A stretch of DNA of 52,917 nucleotides from Emiliania huxleyi CCMP1516 (lineage: Eukaryota). Every line of letters starts with the position of its first letter. Position 1 is the first letter of the stretch. The notes beneath the pieces were generated by a model that worked only from the letters and a program-made list of their open reading frames with translations, was not told the origin of the DNA and did not search any database. The DNA is taken from assembly GCF_000372725.1 (NCBI RefSeq), contig NW_005201318.1:355016-407932 (forward strand). The letters are read 5' to 3'. The position numbers and the translations under genes are program-made. Positions 39,365-50,891 of this stretch are shown one piece after another.

Positions 39365-40688
39365 GCTGTAGAGGTCCGCCGTCAGATCGTCTGCCAGCGT
39401 GCTGGACCCCGCCGCGCCACCGGCCGTCTGAGGTCGCGATGGCTGTGCTGGGGCTCGCTTGACGCGTTTGGCCTCTCCTCCTCGAGCCTCTTCCTCGCAC
39501 GCCTGCACACCAGTGGCCGCCGCCGCATCCGGCTCCGATCCCTCCTCTCCGCTCATCGCCTCACCGATTCAGCACCCTCGCCGCGCCGCGCTGTAAAAGA
39601 ATTTTCAGCGCTTTTTTTTCAAAGCAGACAGGCTCGACACAGGTGCGGACTGGCGCGTGCTAGCACTATCACAGGCGAACCACCTGACTGTAAAAGAAAC
39701 GCAAAACTTCTCGCAAAACTTCGAGAGAGTCAAAACTTCTGGGCTGAAAGCTGCCCGCGAAAACACAACAACACCTGCCTGACGAGTACAGCTAAAGAGT
39801 ACCCGGGGCCCCCCATGCGAAGAGGGGGCCCGTGAACATCTTTAGCTTGTGTGAGCCAGGAAAAGGGTTGAAAACATCATAAATAGTTAGAGGCTGCGCA
39901 GGCCGTCCCGTTTGCATGTTGCATAAAACCAACGCCGCCGCGCGCTGCGCGCGCCGGCTCTGTCTCATTCACGTGCCACAACATGTGTCACACACGGCGG
40001 CTCCGGCAGCGGCACCTCTCGATCGGTTCCACTTTCTACGCACACGGGGGCGGGGGGGGGGGGCGGGGGCGGGGGCGGGGGCGGGGGCGGGGGCGCGCGT
40101 AGCGCGCGCGCTGCACCACACACCACACGGAGGCAAAGACGTCGAGGAGGGGGCGGCGGCGGCGGCGGCGGCAGCGCGCGCGCGGCGCGCGCGACGGAGG
40201 GGCGGAGCAGCGACCGCTGGCGCGGTCGCTGCTCCGTCTGTGCCAGCGACGCGCGCTCTGCTTGCGCAGAGCGCGTCAAGGCAAGGGCAAGCGTGGCAGC
40301 GCGGGACGCGCGGCGGCGGCGGCGAGCAGCCGAGCGCTCCGTGCGCGGTGAGGCGGCCGGGTGAGGGCGCGGCGGGTGACGGGGCAAGGGAGCATCCCAC
40401 ACCCGGCCGTCGCTTTTGAGCGACGCTGAGGCACGCCTGCGCAGGGGCCGCAGGGCGGTCAGTTGTGGGGCGAGGCGGTGCCGGCCGCGGGCCGGGTGCA
40501 AGGCGCCGGCCTCGGCGCCGCCTCGGCGCGCAGCACGGGCGCGGTGAGCCTCTGAGCGGGAGCCGAAGGTTTGCTGCGGTGGGAGGGAGGGAGGGAGGGG
40601 GTGGTGGGGTGGTTTGACTTTGCCGCAGAGGCCGTCCCTAGTTGTGAACAGAAAAGTTTTACTATTTTTTTTGAGAAAGAAACAACCT

Positions 40689-42484
40689 ATGCACAAGCGG
40701 CAGCGCACCGATGGCCGCGCGCAGCGGCACGAGCAGCGATGGAATCCGTTCGAGCGAGACCCCTTCGAGCGAGCAGCGGCGGAGCCTCGTGCTGCGCAAT
40801 CAGGCCCTGCACCTTGGGGCACGCGCTTTGCCTCGCTTTCGGAAGAGCTGCGTGCCTTTGCTGCGTACGTGGCGCTGGACGCCGAGGAGGAGGCGGCGCG
40901 CGAGCAGCTCGTGGCGCTGGTACGCGAGGTCGTGGCAGAGGAGTGCGCCGGCGCTCGGGTCGAGGCTTTTGGCTCGTGGCCGGCGGGCCTGTCGGCTTTC
41001 GACGGTGACGTGGACCTGCGGGTCGTGGGCGGCACAGCACCGAGGCGAGGCTCCCGAGGCGAGGCTCTGCTGCAGCGGCTTGGCGATGCGCTGCGGCCGA
41101 GGGTGCGCAGCGTCCGGGTGATCACCTCGGCACGCGTGCCCATCGTGAGCCTCGAGTCGCACAGCAGCGTCCAGGCGGACGTGAGTCTCGGCAGCGACGA
41201 CGGCGCGACGGCGGTGCTCACCGGCCTGGCGCGCGCTCAGCCCGCTTTCGTGCCCGTCGTTCTCGCGCTCAAGCTGCTACTGTCGCAGCACGCGCTCAAC
41301 AAGGTGTACACGGGCGGCGTCTCCTCGTTCCGTCTATGCGTGATGGTTGCGCGGCTGTTCGAGGAGCGCGCCCGCTCAGAGGTGGTGGAGCCCAGCGACT
41401 TGCTGCTGCGAGCTCTCCGGCTGTACGGATGCCAAATGGATTGGACCGCCACCGACACCTTGTCCGCTCAGATTGGAATCGCCGCGCGATTCGCTTTCAG
41501 ATCTGGCGCGTGGTGGACGCGATGCGCGGCGCGCTGCACGCGCTAGCCAGGCCGAATGGCGCGGGGCTGAGGGAGGTCATTGATGCGAGTGGTTTGCGGG
41601 CGCGGCGCGAGGCCAGCCGGGCGAGCTTAGCGGGATCAGCCCCAGCCGCCGCTGACCGCGGCGGCGGCGGCTGGAAGGCGCAGGGCGACGAGGCGATGGG
41701 ATCGCAGCGCTTCGAGCTCGCCTTTGGCAGCTACACAGCTGCAATGGCGGAGCCGTGCCTACACGGCCCGTCCGTCGCCGGCGACGAGCGGCAGCGGCTC
41801 GCGGTGCTGCTGAGCAACCGCTCAGCGGCGGCGCTCGGCCTCTCATGCCCCGCGCAAGCGGAGGAGGACGCGCGGCGATCGGCGAGCCTCCAACCAGGCT
41901 GGGGCAGGCCGTGGGCGCGGCTCGGCGCTGCCCTCGAGCTCCAGCAGAGATACGGCGAGGCGGCCGACGCGCTCAAGCGGGCGCTTGAGTGCGAGCCATC
42001 CAACGAGCGGTGGCAGGCGGATTACAGGTCGCTGCACGCGCGCGAGACGAGTGACGACACTCGTGACTGCAGCAGTAGCAGCAGCGGTGGTCGAGAGGAG
42101 CACAAGGCGCGCGGGAACGAGGCGTTTCGAGCGCGGCGCTCCGCCGAGGCGGCGGGATGGTACACGCGTGCCATCGAGGCCGACGGCGACGCGTCCTCGG
42201 CGGGAGAGGCGAGCAGCAACGGAGCAGAGGTCGCTGTGCTTCGGAGCAACAGAAGTGCCGCGTTCATGAAGCTCGGCGCCAATTCCGAGGCGCTCGCCGA
42301 GGCGCGGCGGTGCGTGAAGCTCGACGCGAGCTTCGTCAAGGGCTACTTGCGCTTGGGAGAGGCGCTGGGGGCGATGGGGCGATGGGGAGACGCCATCGAT
42401 GCGCTAGAGGAGGGGCTGGCCCTGGAGCCGGCCCATGCGGCGCTGCAGAGCGCGTTGGCCCAGGCGGCGAGCCACAGTAGCTGA
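40689..42484 (+). CDS. Trf4/PAPD5(TENT4)-like nucleotidyltransferase followed by two TPR domains; frame change near 41460-41510
   Basis: AFGSW...DGDVDL, ITSARVPIV, ADVS, LKLLL..HALNKVYTGGVSSF; second frame FQIWRVVDAM, WKAQGDEA..LSNRSAA, HKARGNEAF..RSNRSAAF..KGYLRLGEA. Confidence 0.8.
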
Positions 42485-42714
42485 CGACAAATTGAACCGT
42501 TCTATTGCAATAGGAGGGATTTTCTTCTCAATAACAGGGTGTGAAAACACATTAGTGAATAGCGCTTGAGGACTCGCACGCCAAGCATCGGTGCCTTACA
42601 CGACCTGAAGCTGAAAACCATGCGGATGCGCGCTGGGGCCGCTGCTTCTGCGCTGGCCCGTGGCCGCAGGCCGCTCAGCGCTGCTTGACCAAACTAAGTG
42701 TAGGGGGCGGATGG

Positions 42715-42895
42715 GACGTTGGGACCAGGACGGCACGCCGCCACCACACAGGGATTTCACGGGGGAAGGAAGGTGTGTTGCTAGCCGTCGCGCACCCTTG
42801 GGCGTCTGCCTCTTGTGAAGAGTCTTCCCATCTCTCTTACTCTTCGCAGTCGCCCTCGCCGATTCTCGGACGCAGCTCAACCTTCATGCCACGGT
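42715..42895 (-). mobile_element. Retroposon 3' end, family B
   Basis: Similar to 700-916 in the same orientation. Confidence 0.7.
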
Positions 42896-43584
42896 GGACT
42901 GTGAAAGCCACAGGGTTTGCGATGAGGAGTGACCCGAACGAAATTGAGGCGGATAAGGACGCCCCCTACCTACGCGGCTGGGGTGCCGGCGCAACTTCTC
43001 CGACTGCCCCCGGGTTTCGCCGGAGTGATCCCATCACCACTCTTCCCTCTCTTCCCTCTTGAGTGGAGGATGGCGCGGGCGGCGCGTGCGCGGGCCTGGC
43101 GTGGCGCTCCTCGACCTCTCCTCCTTCCTCTTCCTCTGCGTCGGCTCGGCGCACGCTCCTAGTTTGTCACCGCCCTCTTCCGGCCTCACCACATGGCCTG
43201 CGGGACAAAACGGATGCAACCGGGCATGCGCAGAGAGTGGTGGTCTGGAGGATGGCGCGAGCAGCGTGCGCGTGGGAGTGGCCGGCAGCGTGGCAACAGC
43301 GCTGGCGGCTGCTGGCCTGGCGCGGGGCTTCCAAGGCCATTGCACCTTACAGGCACCGGTGGGCACTGCGGCGGCACACCTTTGTGCCCCCCCCCCCCCC
43401 CTGGCGCTTTCTTAAGCGCCTGAGCTCCTCCCAAGGCTGAGCTCCTCCCTGCATCTCTGCAGAATGCCCCTTGTAACGTGAGAGAGTGCGTTGTGTTCTT
43501 GTTTGCTATCCGCTTTCTCTCTTGAGAGTGCTGCGGGCTTAAGTTTATTTAGCAAGCACAGATATAAGCACTTGGCTCTTGGGT

Positions 43585-43707
43585 GAGTGAGGGGACGGAG
43601 ATTGAAGACCCCTCACGCACAAGATCGTGCAGGGCGGGGACATATGTCCCTAAAATCCCATCTCGAGATCTCGTCTCTCAGAGTTTGACCGTTTTATTTC
43701 TTTATTG
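43585..43707 (+). mobile_element. Retroposon 3' end, family A
   Basis: Matches 25231-25345. Confidence 0.75.
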
Positions 43708-44798
43708 TCGCCGCCTGTGTTTGGGTTTCTATGTTTGCGATTTGGGTTTGGCTTTTCTATGATTCTTTGTTTATTTATTTATCGGATCTGAGATGTTCAC
43801 GTTGGTGGTGGTGTGGTGTGCAGAATTGTGGACGGTAGTGCTGGTGACGGACGTCAGCTTCCGTATTAAGTGGTTGCCCGCCTTCACCGGGGCGTGCCGT
43901 GGCCCCCGTGGCGGCCGCTCGCGGTCGGTGCATGTCGGTCCGAGATCACCCGAGATTACGCGAGATTGCCCGAGATTAGGCGAACGAGTGGGACGAGGCT
44001 TGGTCCGACCCGACCAAGCAGGACCAGTCGGGACGCTTCGTCGACACGCACGACGCGGCCGTCGCCTGAGGGTGGCGGAGGGTGAGAGCCCGCAAAACTC
44101 CAAAACAGGTGTGCTACAACGCGCCGAGCACGACTCGCTGTGTGACTAACTGTCTATTGCCGATATTGGCGGCCTGCTGGCGGCGTGTGCCACCCCCGAA
44201 GGAGAAGCCGGCGCCCCGCGCACACAGTTTGGTGACTGGAGTCTGCACAGCCGGGGGCACCCCGGCACGAATGATAAGAAAACACTCCTTCTGGCATGCG
44301 GTCGGTATGTGTCTAGCTGTCTAGTTGTGTGCCCCTGCCTTCTAAAAGCTAAAACAGAGAGTTTTGGTGGGGACATTGGACGAGTTTTGCTTTTACTTTC
44401 CCATTTGCATTTCCTTCTCAAAAAAAAGTCAGCAGACAGCAGTCAGCACCCTGGTCACACACTATACCCGACACTAAAAGAGCGGCGAGAGAACCGAGAG
44501 TTGGGGCTGCGGCTACGGCTGCGGCTGCGAGAGGGGCTGTAGTCGCGGGGGAGCCGCTGCGCAGCGCAGCGTGGACGCGCGCACACCGCTCTTGCTCCGC
44601 TCGCCACCTCTCGCAAAGATCCGATAACGTTGGGTGTGCGCGCCACGTTTTCTTGAGAGTTTCGCCGAGCCGCGGCGCAGCCGCAGGTCGGGGGGAAGAG
44701 CTGCCGACGACGAGCGTAGAGCGCTCGGATTCACTCGGCGCGTCTTTACACGCACACGAGCCGTGGCCGTGTACCCGTCTACTTCTCGAGGTCTATTT

Positions 44799-45702
44799 CT
44801 GAGCCCTGGTGTCGAGGTGTCGAGGCCCGGTGTCGAGGGTGTCGAGCTGCTGTCGAGGGATAGAGGTGTCGAGGCCTGTCGAGGCCTGTCGAGGCCTGTC
44901 GAGGCCTGTCGAGGCCTGTCGAGGCCTGTCGAGGCCTGTCGAGGCCTGTCGTCGGCTCGCCGCTGCAGCGTCGTCGCCCCTGCAGCGCCACCAGCGCACA
45001 AAGCGCAACTGACCACAGCGCTCCTTTCACAAGGCTGGTGCCATGAGTCAGTGGACATTGCCACTGCACAAGGTGCTGTCCAGCAGCTAAGGGCTACAGT
45101 ACCCCATCGCAGCAGCGTCGCCGCCGCTGCAGTGTCGCCATTGCAGCGTCGCCGGTGCACAAAGCGCATGTGGACCACAGCGCACAGGTCTGCACTCATG
45201 GCACAAGCTCACCTGGTGTGAGGATTCATTGCCACTGTACAAGGTGCTGTGCAGCACCTGAGGGCTACCTGAGTACTGCCATGGTTGCTACATCAACAGG
45301 GGTGCAACTGAGCTGCAACTTGAGCTAGAACTTGAGAGGCTGCAACTGAGGGATGAAAGTACTGCCAGCCGAGTTTGATTGCTGCTGCAACCCTGATTTT
45401 CTAACTCTGTGACTCCAATGGGTCTACGTCTCTGCTGTGTTAGGATCATCAGAGATGTCGAGGTGGTGTCGAGGTGGTGTCGAGCGGTGTCGAGCGGTGT
45501 CGAGCGGTGTCGAGGGGTGTCGAGCGGTGTCGAGGTGTCGAGTTTGGCACCTTGACACGGACGAGCATGGTGTCAGCCTAGATGGTGTCGAGGGGTGTCG
45601 AGGAGTGTCGAGGGGTGTCGAGTTGGTCGAGTTGGCATGGGGTGTCGAGGTGTCGAGTTGGTGTCGAGGTTTTGGTGTCGAGGTGTCGAGGCCAGGGCTC
45701 AG
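44799..45702. mobile_element. hAT-like MITE (11-bp TIR CTGAGCCCTGG, 8-bp TSD gtctattt) with TGTCGAG subterminal repeats
   Basis: TSD at 44791-44798 and 45703-45710; (tgtcgaggcc)n near the left end and many tgtcgag copies near the right end. Confidence 0.88.
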
Positions 45703-46336
45703 GTCTATTTAGCCGGGCGAGGCGGCAGGCGCGTGGCGCGTGTACGTTAGCCGAAATGAGGAGGTTTGGGGGCTCAAATTGTCATTTAAGAGATTGCAGG
45801 CACGGGGGGAGTCCCTCTTTTAAGTCCGTTTAAGAAAATCGGCCTCACCGGCACGCGTCGCTGGGTTCCGTGCCGGTTTCTCCAATACTGCCGTTAATAG
45901 GCACAAACCCGCCACTGAAGACACATCTGTAAGTCTGGTGCACTGGCAGGAGCCATACTCGCATAGGGGACGCGTGCTAGCTGACTGTAGCCAGCTTCCC
46001 GCGCGGCCTCCGGCGTCTACCGGGGAGCCTCCCGGACCATCGACCTCGGGAGCTCTCCCGCACCGTTTAAGCGTTTAAGACCGTTTAAGGAATCGGCGGC
46101 CCAGCAGCTCTTAAAACCTGCCATGGCAGGTTTTAAGCCGTTTAAGCCGCAGGCGCCCCAGGGCCCACCCTTTTAAGCCTAAGGGTACCCTAAGGTGCAA
46201 CGAGCCCCCGAGTCACGCTCGAGGTCGAGCTGTGCCCTGTGGTGTGCAGTGCGGGGCGGCGACCGCGTAGCGGCGTGCTGGCGACAGAGATCTGTTTTAC
46301 ACTGTAAATTGGGGATGAAATGGGGTTTTTCATCAA

Positions 46337-47644
46337 TCACAGCCCCGGGATCGCCTCGCGGAAGCGCTCCAGCGGCACGTCGGCCGAGAGGATCGCCCGT
46401 GCTGCGCCCGCGACCTCGCACGACCCCTTCCAGCGCCCGCCGCCCTCCCAGCCCTCGCCGCCCACCTCGACAGCGGCTCGGCTGCTCGTCGAGTCGATGA
46501 GCACCTCCTCCTCCTCCTCTCTGGCCGTCACCCGCCACACGCGCACGGAGAGCGACCCATCGAAGCGCTCCCTCGCGGAGGCGGTCATGCCGTCCGAGGC
46601 GGGGCATCGCACCACCGAGGCCGCCTCGCCGTCGCAAGTGGCCTCCACCCGCACGCGCAGGTCGTCGAGCGCGCCCCGCACCGTCCAGCGACCCCACTCC
46701 ACGTCCCACTCGCAGTTAGGGAAGGGGTAGAACTTGCCGGACTCGTCGTGCAGCGCCACCATGCAGGCGTCCTCGGTGCGGCCGGGCAGCAGCGGCTCGA
46801 GCAGCGGGTTGGACCGCTCGCCGCACGCGCAGGTCAGCGTGAGGCCGCGCGCCTCAAAGGCGTTGCACTGCACCCACCACCAGCGCCGCGGGAAGGCGCC
46901 GCCCCAGTTCTTCTCGGTGTAGCAGGGCGCGTCCCTAAACTCGCGCCGCTCTCCGCGCCACTCGACCCATCCCGAGGCGAGGCCGTGCGCCATCACCACC
47001 TGATACATGGGCTCAAAGACGGGGAAGGCGGCGAGCCAGCCAGCGGTCGAATACTGCTTGTCTCCCAGCCGACCGCCCCAGCCCACCTACCATGGCGTGG
47101 GGACCGAGCTTGAAACGCGAGCCCGAGCTGCCTGACTTGTGCTCGGCACAAGCCGTCGGCCTGAGGCGCGACCTCGTAGCTCCACCGGGCGGTTCCATCT
47201 CGCAGCACGCCCTGGTGCCGGGTGCTGCTGAGCTGGAAACCGTCCTGCACGAAGCGGCCGAAGGCCGCTGGCGAGGCCATTTTCGAGAAGGCGACACCGC
47301 GAAAGGACTTGCCGAGAGCAAGCTTGCGGTCGTCGGCCCAGAAGCTCGCAGCTGGGCCTTCTTGCCATGTGACCGCCCCATCCGGACCGCACACCTGCAT
47401 GTGGCAGCCGTGCCGCGGGCTCGTTTCGTCCGCCGCATCAAAGATGGAGTAGATGAAGGAGAGGGAGGCGTCGTCGACCGTGAGTCGGTGATACCAGCCC
47501 TCGAAACCGCTGGCGCGGCCGCTCAGGTGATAGCCGGAGTGGGGCGGCGTCGGAAAGGATGCGATGGCGCTCGCGACGCGAAGCACGGCGCCGAGCGAGA
47601 GAATGACAGCAGGGGTTTGCGAGGCCGATTTGCGAGGCCGACAT
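46337..47644 (-). CDS. VTE1: Tocopherol cyclase; 74-nt GC-AG intron at 47087-47160; start apparently frameshifted by a 13-bp duplication
   Basis: TPPHSGYH, FEGWY, STAGWLAAFPVFEP, MAHGLASG, YTEKNWGGAFPRRWWWVQCNAF, AAVEVGG. Confidence 0.92.
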
Positions 47645-47712
47645 ACGCCGATGCGAGACACACGACGCAAAACGGATTTCTCCCCTTTGTGATGAGAAAA
47701 GGTGTTTTCCGG

Positions 47713-48799
47713 CTGAGGGAGGGTGTAGAGGATGTCCTCCCATCCCTCCCTTGGGTTGTCTGCTTTCTTTCTTTCTTTTGTAGAGGATGTAGAGTGTAGA
47801 GCGCTGTAGAGCTGTAGAGATGTAGAGCGCTCTGGAGCGCTGTAGAGCTGTACATCCGCCGCGTGACGAACGAGGCGCGTGCGTGATCTGTGATCTGTAA
47901 GGGTCCGCCCGCAGGCGCATTTTGTATACCGAGGCGGTGCCCGGTGCCGAGCGTAGGCAGAGCCCACAGGTCGGACCTTGAGACAGCGTTGTAGATCCCT
48001 GGGCGAGGGTGGTGGTGTCCCCGTCGGGAGTGTAGAGCGATGTAGAGCGCGATTTTGCTGTAGAGTTTGTTGTAGAGGCTCTACACAGCCAAACCGCCGG
48101 GAAGGCAGTGACTCAAAGAGGTCGAGTCGCACTAATGGGGTGTCTCCGAGCTTACTGGAGCTCTGCTGGACGGCCCTGACTATCACTGACACACAGAGAG
48201 TCCCTCTGACGGCACACAACACCCTATAACTGCGTCATGACCAGCCTGCCATGCGTCGCCGGTGCCGCATTCATCGCAGTGCTTCTTTAGTAGGCGGTGG
48301 ACTGTCGGCTGCGAGGACGGTCGTATTTGCGCGAGGCGAGAGGCGAGCATTCAGGCGCGTTGCATGCGCCATGACTCGCGCCAGCGCGTGCGGGAGCTCC
48401 TGTCCTGAGCGTTGAGTCCAGGCGAGTTGCGCTGGCCACGATCGCTACGCCGAGCCGAGCTGACGCGCCGAGGCGCCGGCCAGTCGCAGCCGTGAGGCAT
48501 GCCACAGCAGCAGAGGCACCTGCCACCCATTGGGCGGGCAGACAGAAGGCCAGGGCAGCACTGGCAAGTGCAACGCGCCTCATGTCGGAGAGCGACCGTG
48601 CCTCGTTCGCCGCTTATCATGTAGAGTTTGTTGTAGAGATTTCACGTTGTAGAGCGCCTCTACATCGCTCTACAACGCACGCGCCTCGTCACGCGGCGGA
48701 TGTAGAGCTCTACATACAGCTCTACAGCGCTCCAGAGCGCTCTCCAGCTCTACAGTTCTACAGCGCTCTACACTCTACATCCTCTACACCCTCCCTCAG
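47713..48799. mobile_element. TIR element with TGTAGAG/CTCTACA subterminal repeats and two nested retroposon fragments
   Basis: 23-bp TIR ctgagggagggtgtagaggatgt / acatcctctacaccctccctcag extending into ~130-bp imperfect inverted arms; no matching TSD. Confidence 0.85.
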
Positions 48800-48934
48800 G
48801 AGGCAGGTCGCTAGACTGAGATGAGACCGCCAGTGGAGTTGGGAGTCCACCGAGCACCGCGCTGCGAGCCTGTCGTGTCCCTTGTCGGGAGCAGGAGAGG
48901 AACCCCCTGTGGCTGTGCCCCCTGATCGTTCGTC

Positions 48935-49230
48935 CTTCCAAAATCCTGCTCGTGCAGGTGGGGACCCTGTCCCCCCCCTCCCTCGTTCGGGCCGTGTGTG
49001 GTTTCTTTCTTTCAACAGGCAAAGCGCGGACGACAAAAACAAAACTCTCTCCTTCCTCAGTCTCGAGCAGTCCAGAGAGCGAAAAAATAAATGAAAATGC
49101 TGCAAAAAAAGGTGGTCGCACGCCGCGACCCCCCCCCCTAATAAATAAATAAATACAACGGACATCCCAAGCTAGGGCTGGGTCGAGGACAGACACGTCC
49201 CCACCTTTGCAGGATTTTGCAAAAGCGAGG
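48935..49230. mobile_element. Two convergent retroposon 3' ends (+ strand 48935-49013 with (tttc)n; - strand 49141-49230 with (attt)n)
   Basis: Both contain aaaatcctgc...ggtggggac...tgtcc. Confidence 0.6.
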
Positions 49231-49418
49231 GGGGAGGGCGCATCGCCGCGCGGAGAGGGCTGGGCACAGGGCACAGGGGATCTCTCTCGCATAGGATATG
49301 CACTCGGCGGCACGAGGGCAAGGCTGGGCGTCCTATGTTTGTGCTCCCCCCCGGACCCCTCGCTCTCGGCCCCCCCCCCCCTCCCTGTGGTCCCGCGCGG
49401 ATCTTTCTTTTCTTCGCG

Positions 49419-50891
49419 ATGTCCACCCCGCCGCGCCGCCGCTCGCGCCGCCTCGCCTCCGCCACCGCCGCCGCCCCCTCGCCAGACGCGCCGCCGCCCG
49501 CCCGCCTGCTCGACCTCCCCAGGGAGCTCCTCGAGCGCGTCCTCTCCCGCTTCAACAGCCCCATCGACATCGCTCGCGTCGCGGCCGTCTCGCTGCTCTT
49601 CCACGCCTCGCTTGCGGAGGAGGGAATCCGCTTGTGGGCGCAAGAGCACGGCTTCGAGCTGCCGCCGCCGCCAGCGGGCGAGGACTGCGCCGTGCGGTGG
49701 CTGTGCTATTCGGCGTTGCTGCACGAGTCCAACCGGCCGGCGAGGGCGGCAGCAGGCGAACGGCACAGCGTCTTCATCGGCGAGGGGCGGCTCTCGTCGT
49801 GCGGGTCAGCGGCAACGGAGGGCGAGGAGGAGGCGGAGGAGGACGAGGAGGCATTACCAGGCCTCCTCGGTCACGGCGAGGGCGTGACGCGGCTCAACAC
49901 GCCGACCCGCCTCCCGTCCACGTTGGGTGGCGAGCGCGCCGTGAGCGTGTCGGCTGCAGTCTACCACAGCCTCGCCCTCACCGCCGACGGCGCAGTCTGG
50001 AGCTGGGGTGAGGGCAACTTTGGCCGCTTGGGCCACGGCGACCAGCAGGACCAGCTGCAGCCGAAGAAGATCGAGGCCTTTGCTGGCCAGCGCGTCGTCG
50101 CTGTCTCGGCTGGAGCATACCACAGCCTCGCCCTCACAGCCGACGCCGCCGTCTGGAGCTGGGGCTTTGGAGTCTTTGGCAAGCTGGGCCACGGCGACGA
50201 GGAGACGCAGCTGCTGCCGAAGAAGGTCGAGGCCTTTGCAGGGCGGCGCGTCGTCGCTGTGTCGGCTGGAGGCAACCACAGCCTCGTCCTCACCGCTGAC
50301 GGCGCCGTCTGGAGCGGGGGCTATGGAGGTGTTGGCCAGCTGGGCCACGGCGACCAGCAGCGCCAGCTGCTGCCGAGGAAGGTCGAGGCCTTTGCTGGCC
50401 AGCTTGCTGGCCAGCGCGTCGTCGCCGTGTCGGCTGGAAGCGACCACAGCCTCGCCCTCACAGCCGACGGCGCCGTCTGGAGCTGGGGCTGGGGATACTC
50501 TGGCCAGCTGGGCCACGGCGACGAGCAGGACCAGCTGCTGCCCAAGAAGATCGACGCCTTTGCCGGCCAGCGCGTCATCGCTGTCTCGGCGGGAGGTGTG
50601 CACAGCATCGCCATCACCGCCGACGGCTCCGTCTGGAGCTGGGGCGATGGAGACTGGGGCCGGCTGGGCCACGGCGACCAGCAGATCCAGCTGCTGCCGA
50701 AGAAGGTCGAGGCCTTCGCTGGGCGGCGCGTCGTCGCTGTGTCAGCTGGAGTTTACCATAGCCTCGCCATCACCGCCGACGACGCTGTTTATGCTTGGGG
50801 CGTGGGCGAAAGCGGCTGCCTAGGCCACGGAGAGGACCTGTCGAACCAGCTGCCTCCCAAGAAGATCGAGACGTGGGCGCCGGGGCAGTGA
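49419..50891 (+). CDS. F-box-like plus RCC1-repeat (HERC/UVR8-like beta-propeller) protein
   Basis: LLDLPRELLERVL; about 6-7 repeats of VSAGxxHSLALTADGAVWSWGxGxxGxLGHGD. Confidence 0.9.
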   Translation: MSTPPRRRSRRLASATAAAPSPDAPPPARLLDLPRELLERVLSRFNSPIDIARVAAVSLLFHASLAEEGIRLWAQEHGFELPPPPAGEDCAVRWLCYSALLHESNRPARAAAGERHSVFIGEGRLSSCGSAATEGEEEAEEDEEALPGLLGHGEGVTRLNTPTRLPSTLGGERAVSVSAAVYHSLALTADGAVWSWGEGNFGRLGHGDQQDQLQPKKIEAFAGQRVVAVSAGAYHSLALTADAAVWSWGFGVFGKLGHGDEETQLLPKKVEAFAGRRVVAVSAGGNHSLVLTADGAVWSGGYGGVGQLGHGDQQRQLLPRKVEAFAGQLAGQRVVAVSAGSDHSLALTADGAVWSWGWGYSGQLGHGDEQDQLLPKKIDAFAGQRVIAVSAGGVHSIAITADGSVWSWGDGDWGRLGHGDQQIQLLPKKVEAFAGRRVVAVSAGVYHSLAITADDAVYAWGVGESGCLGHGEDLSNQLPPKKIETWAPGQ

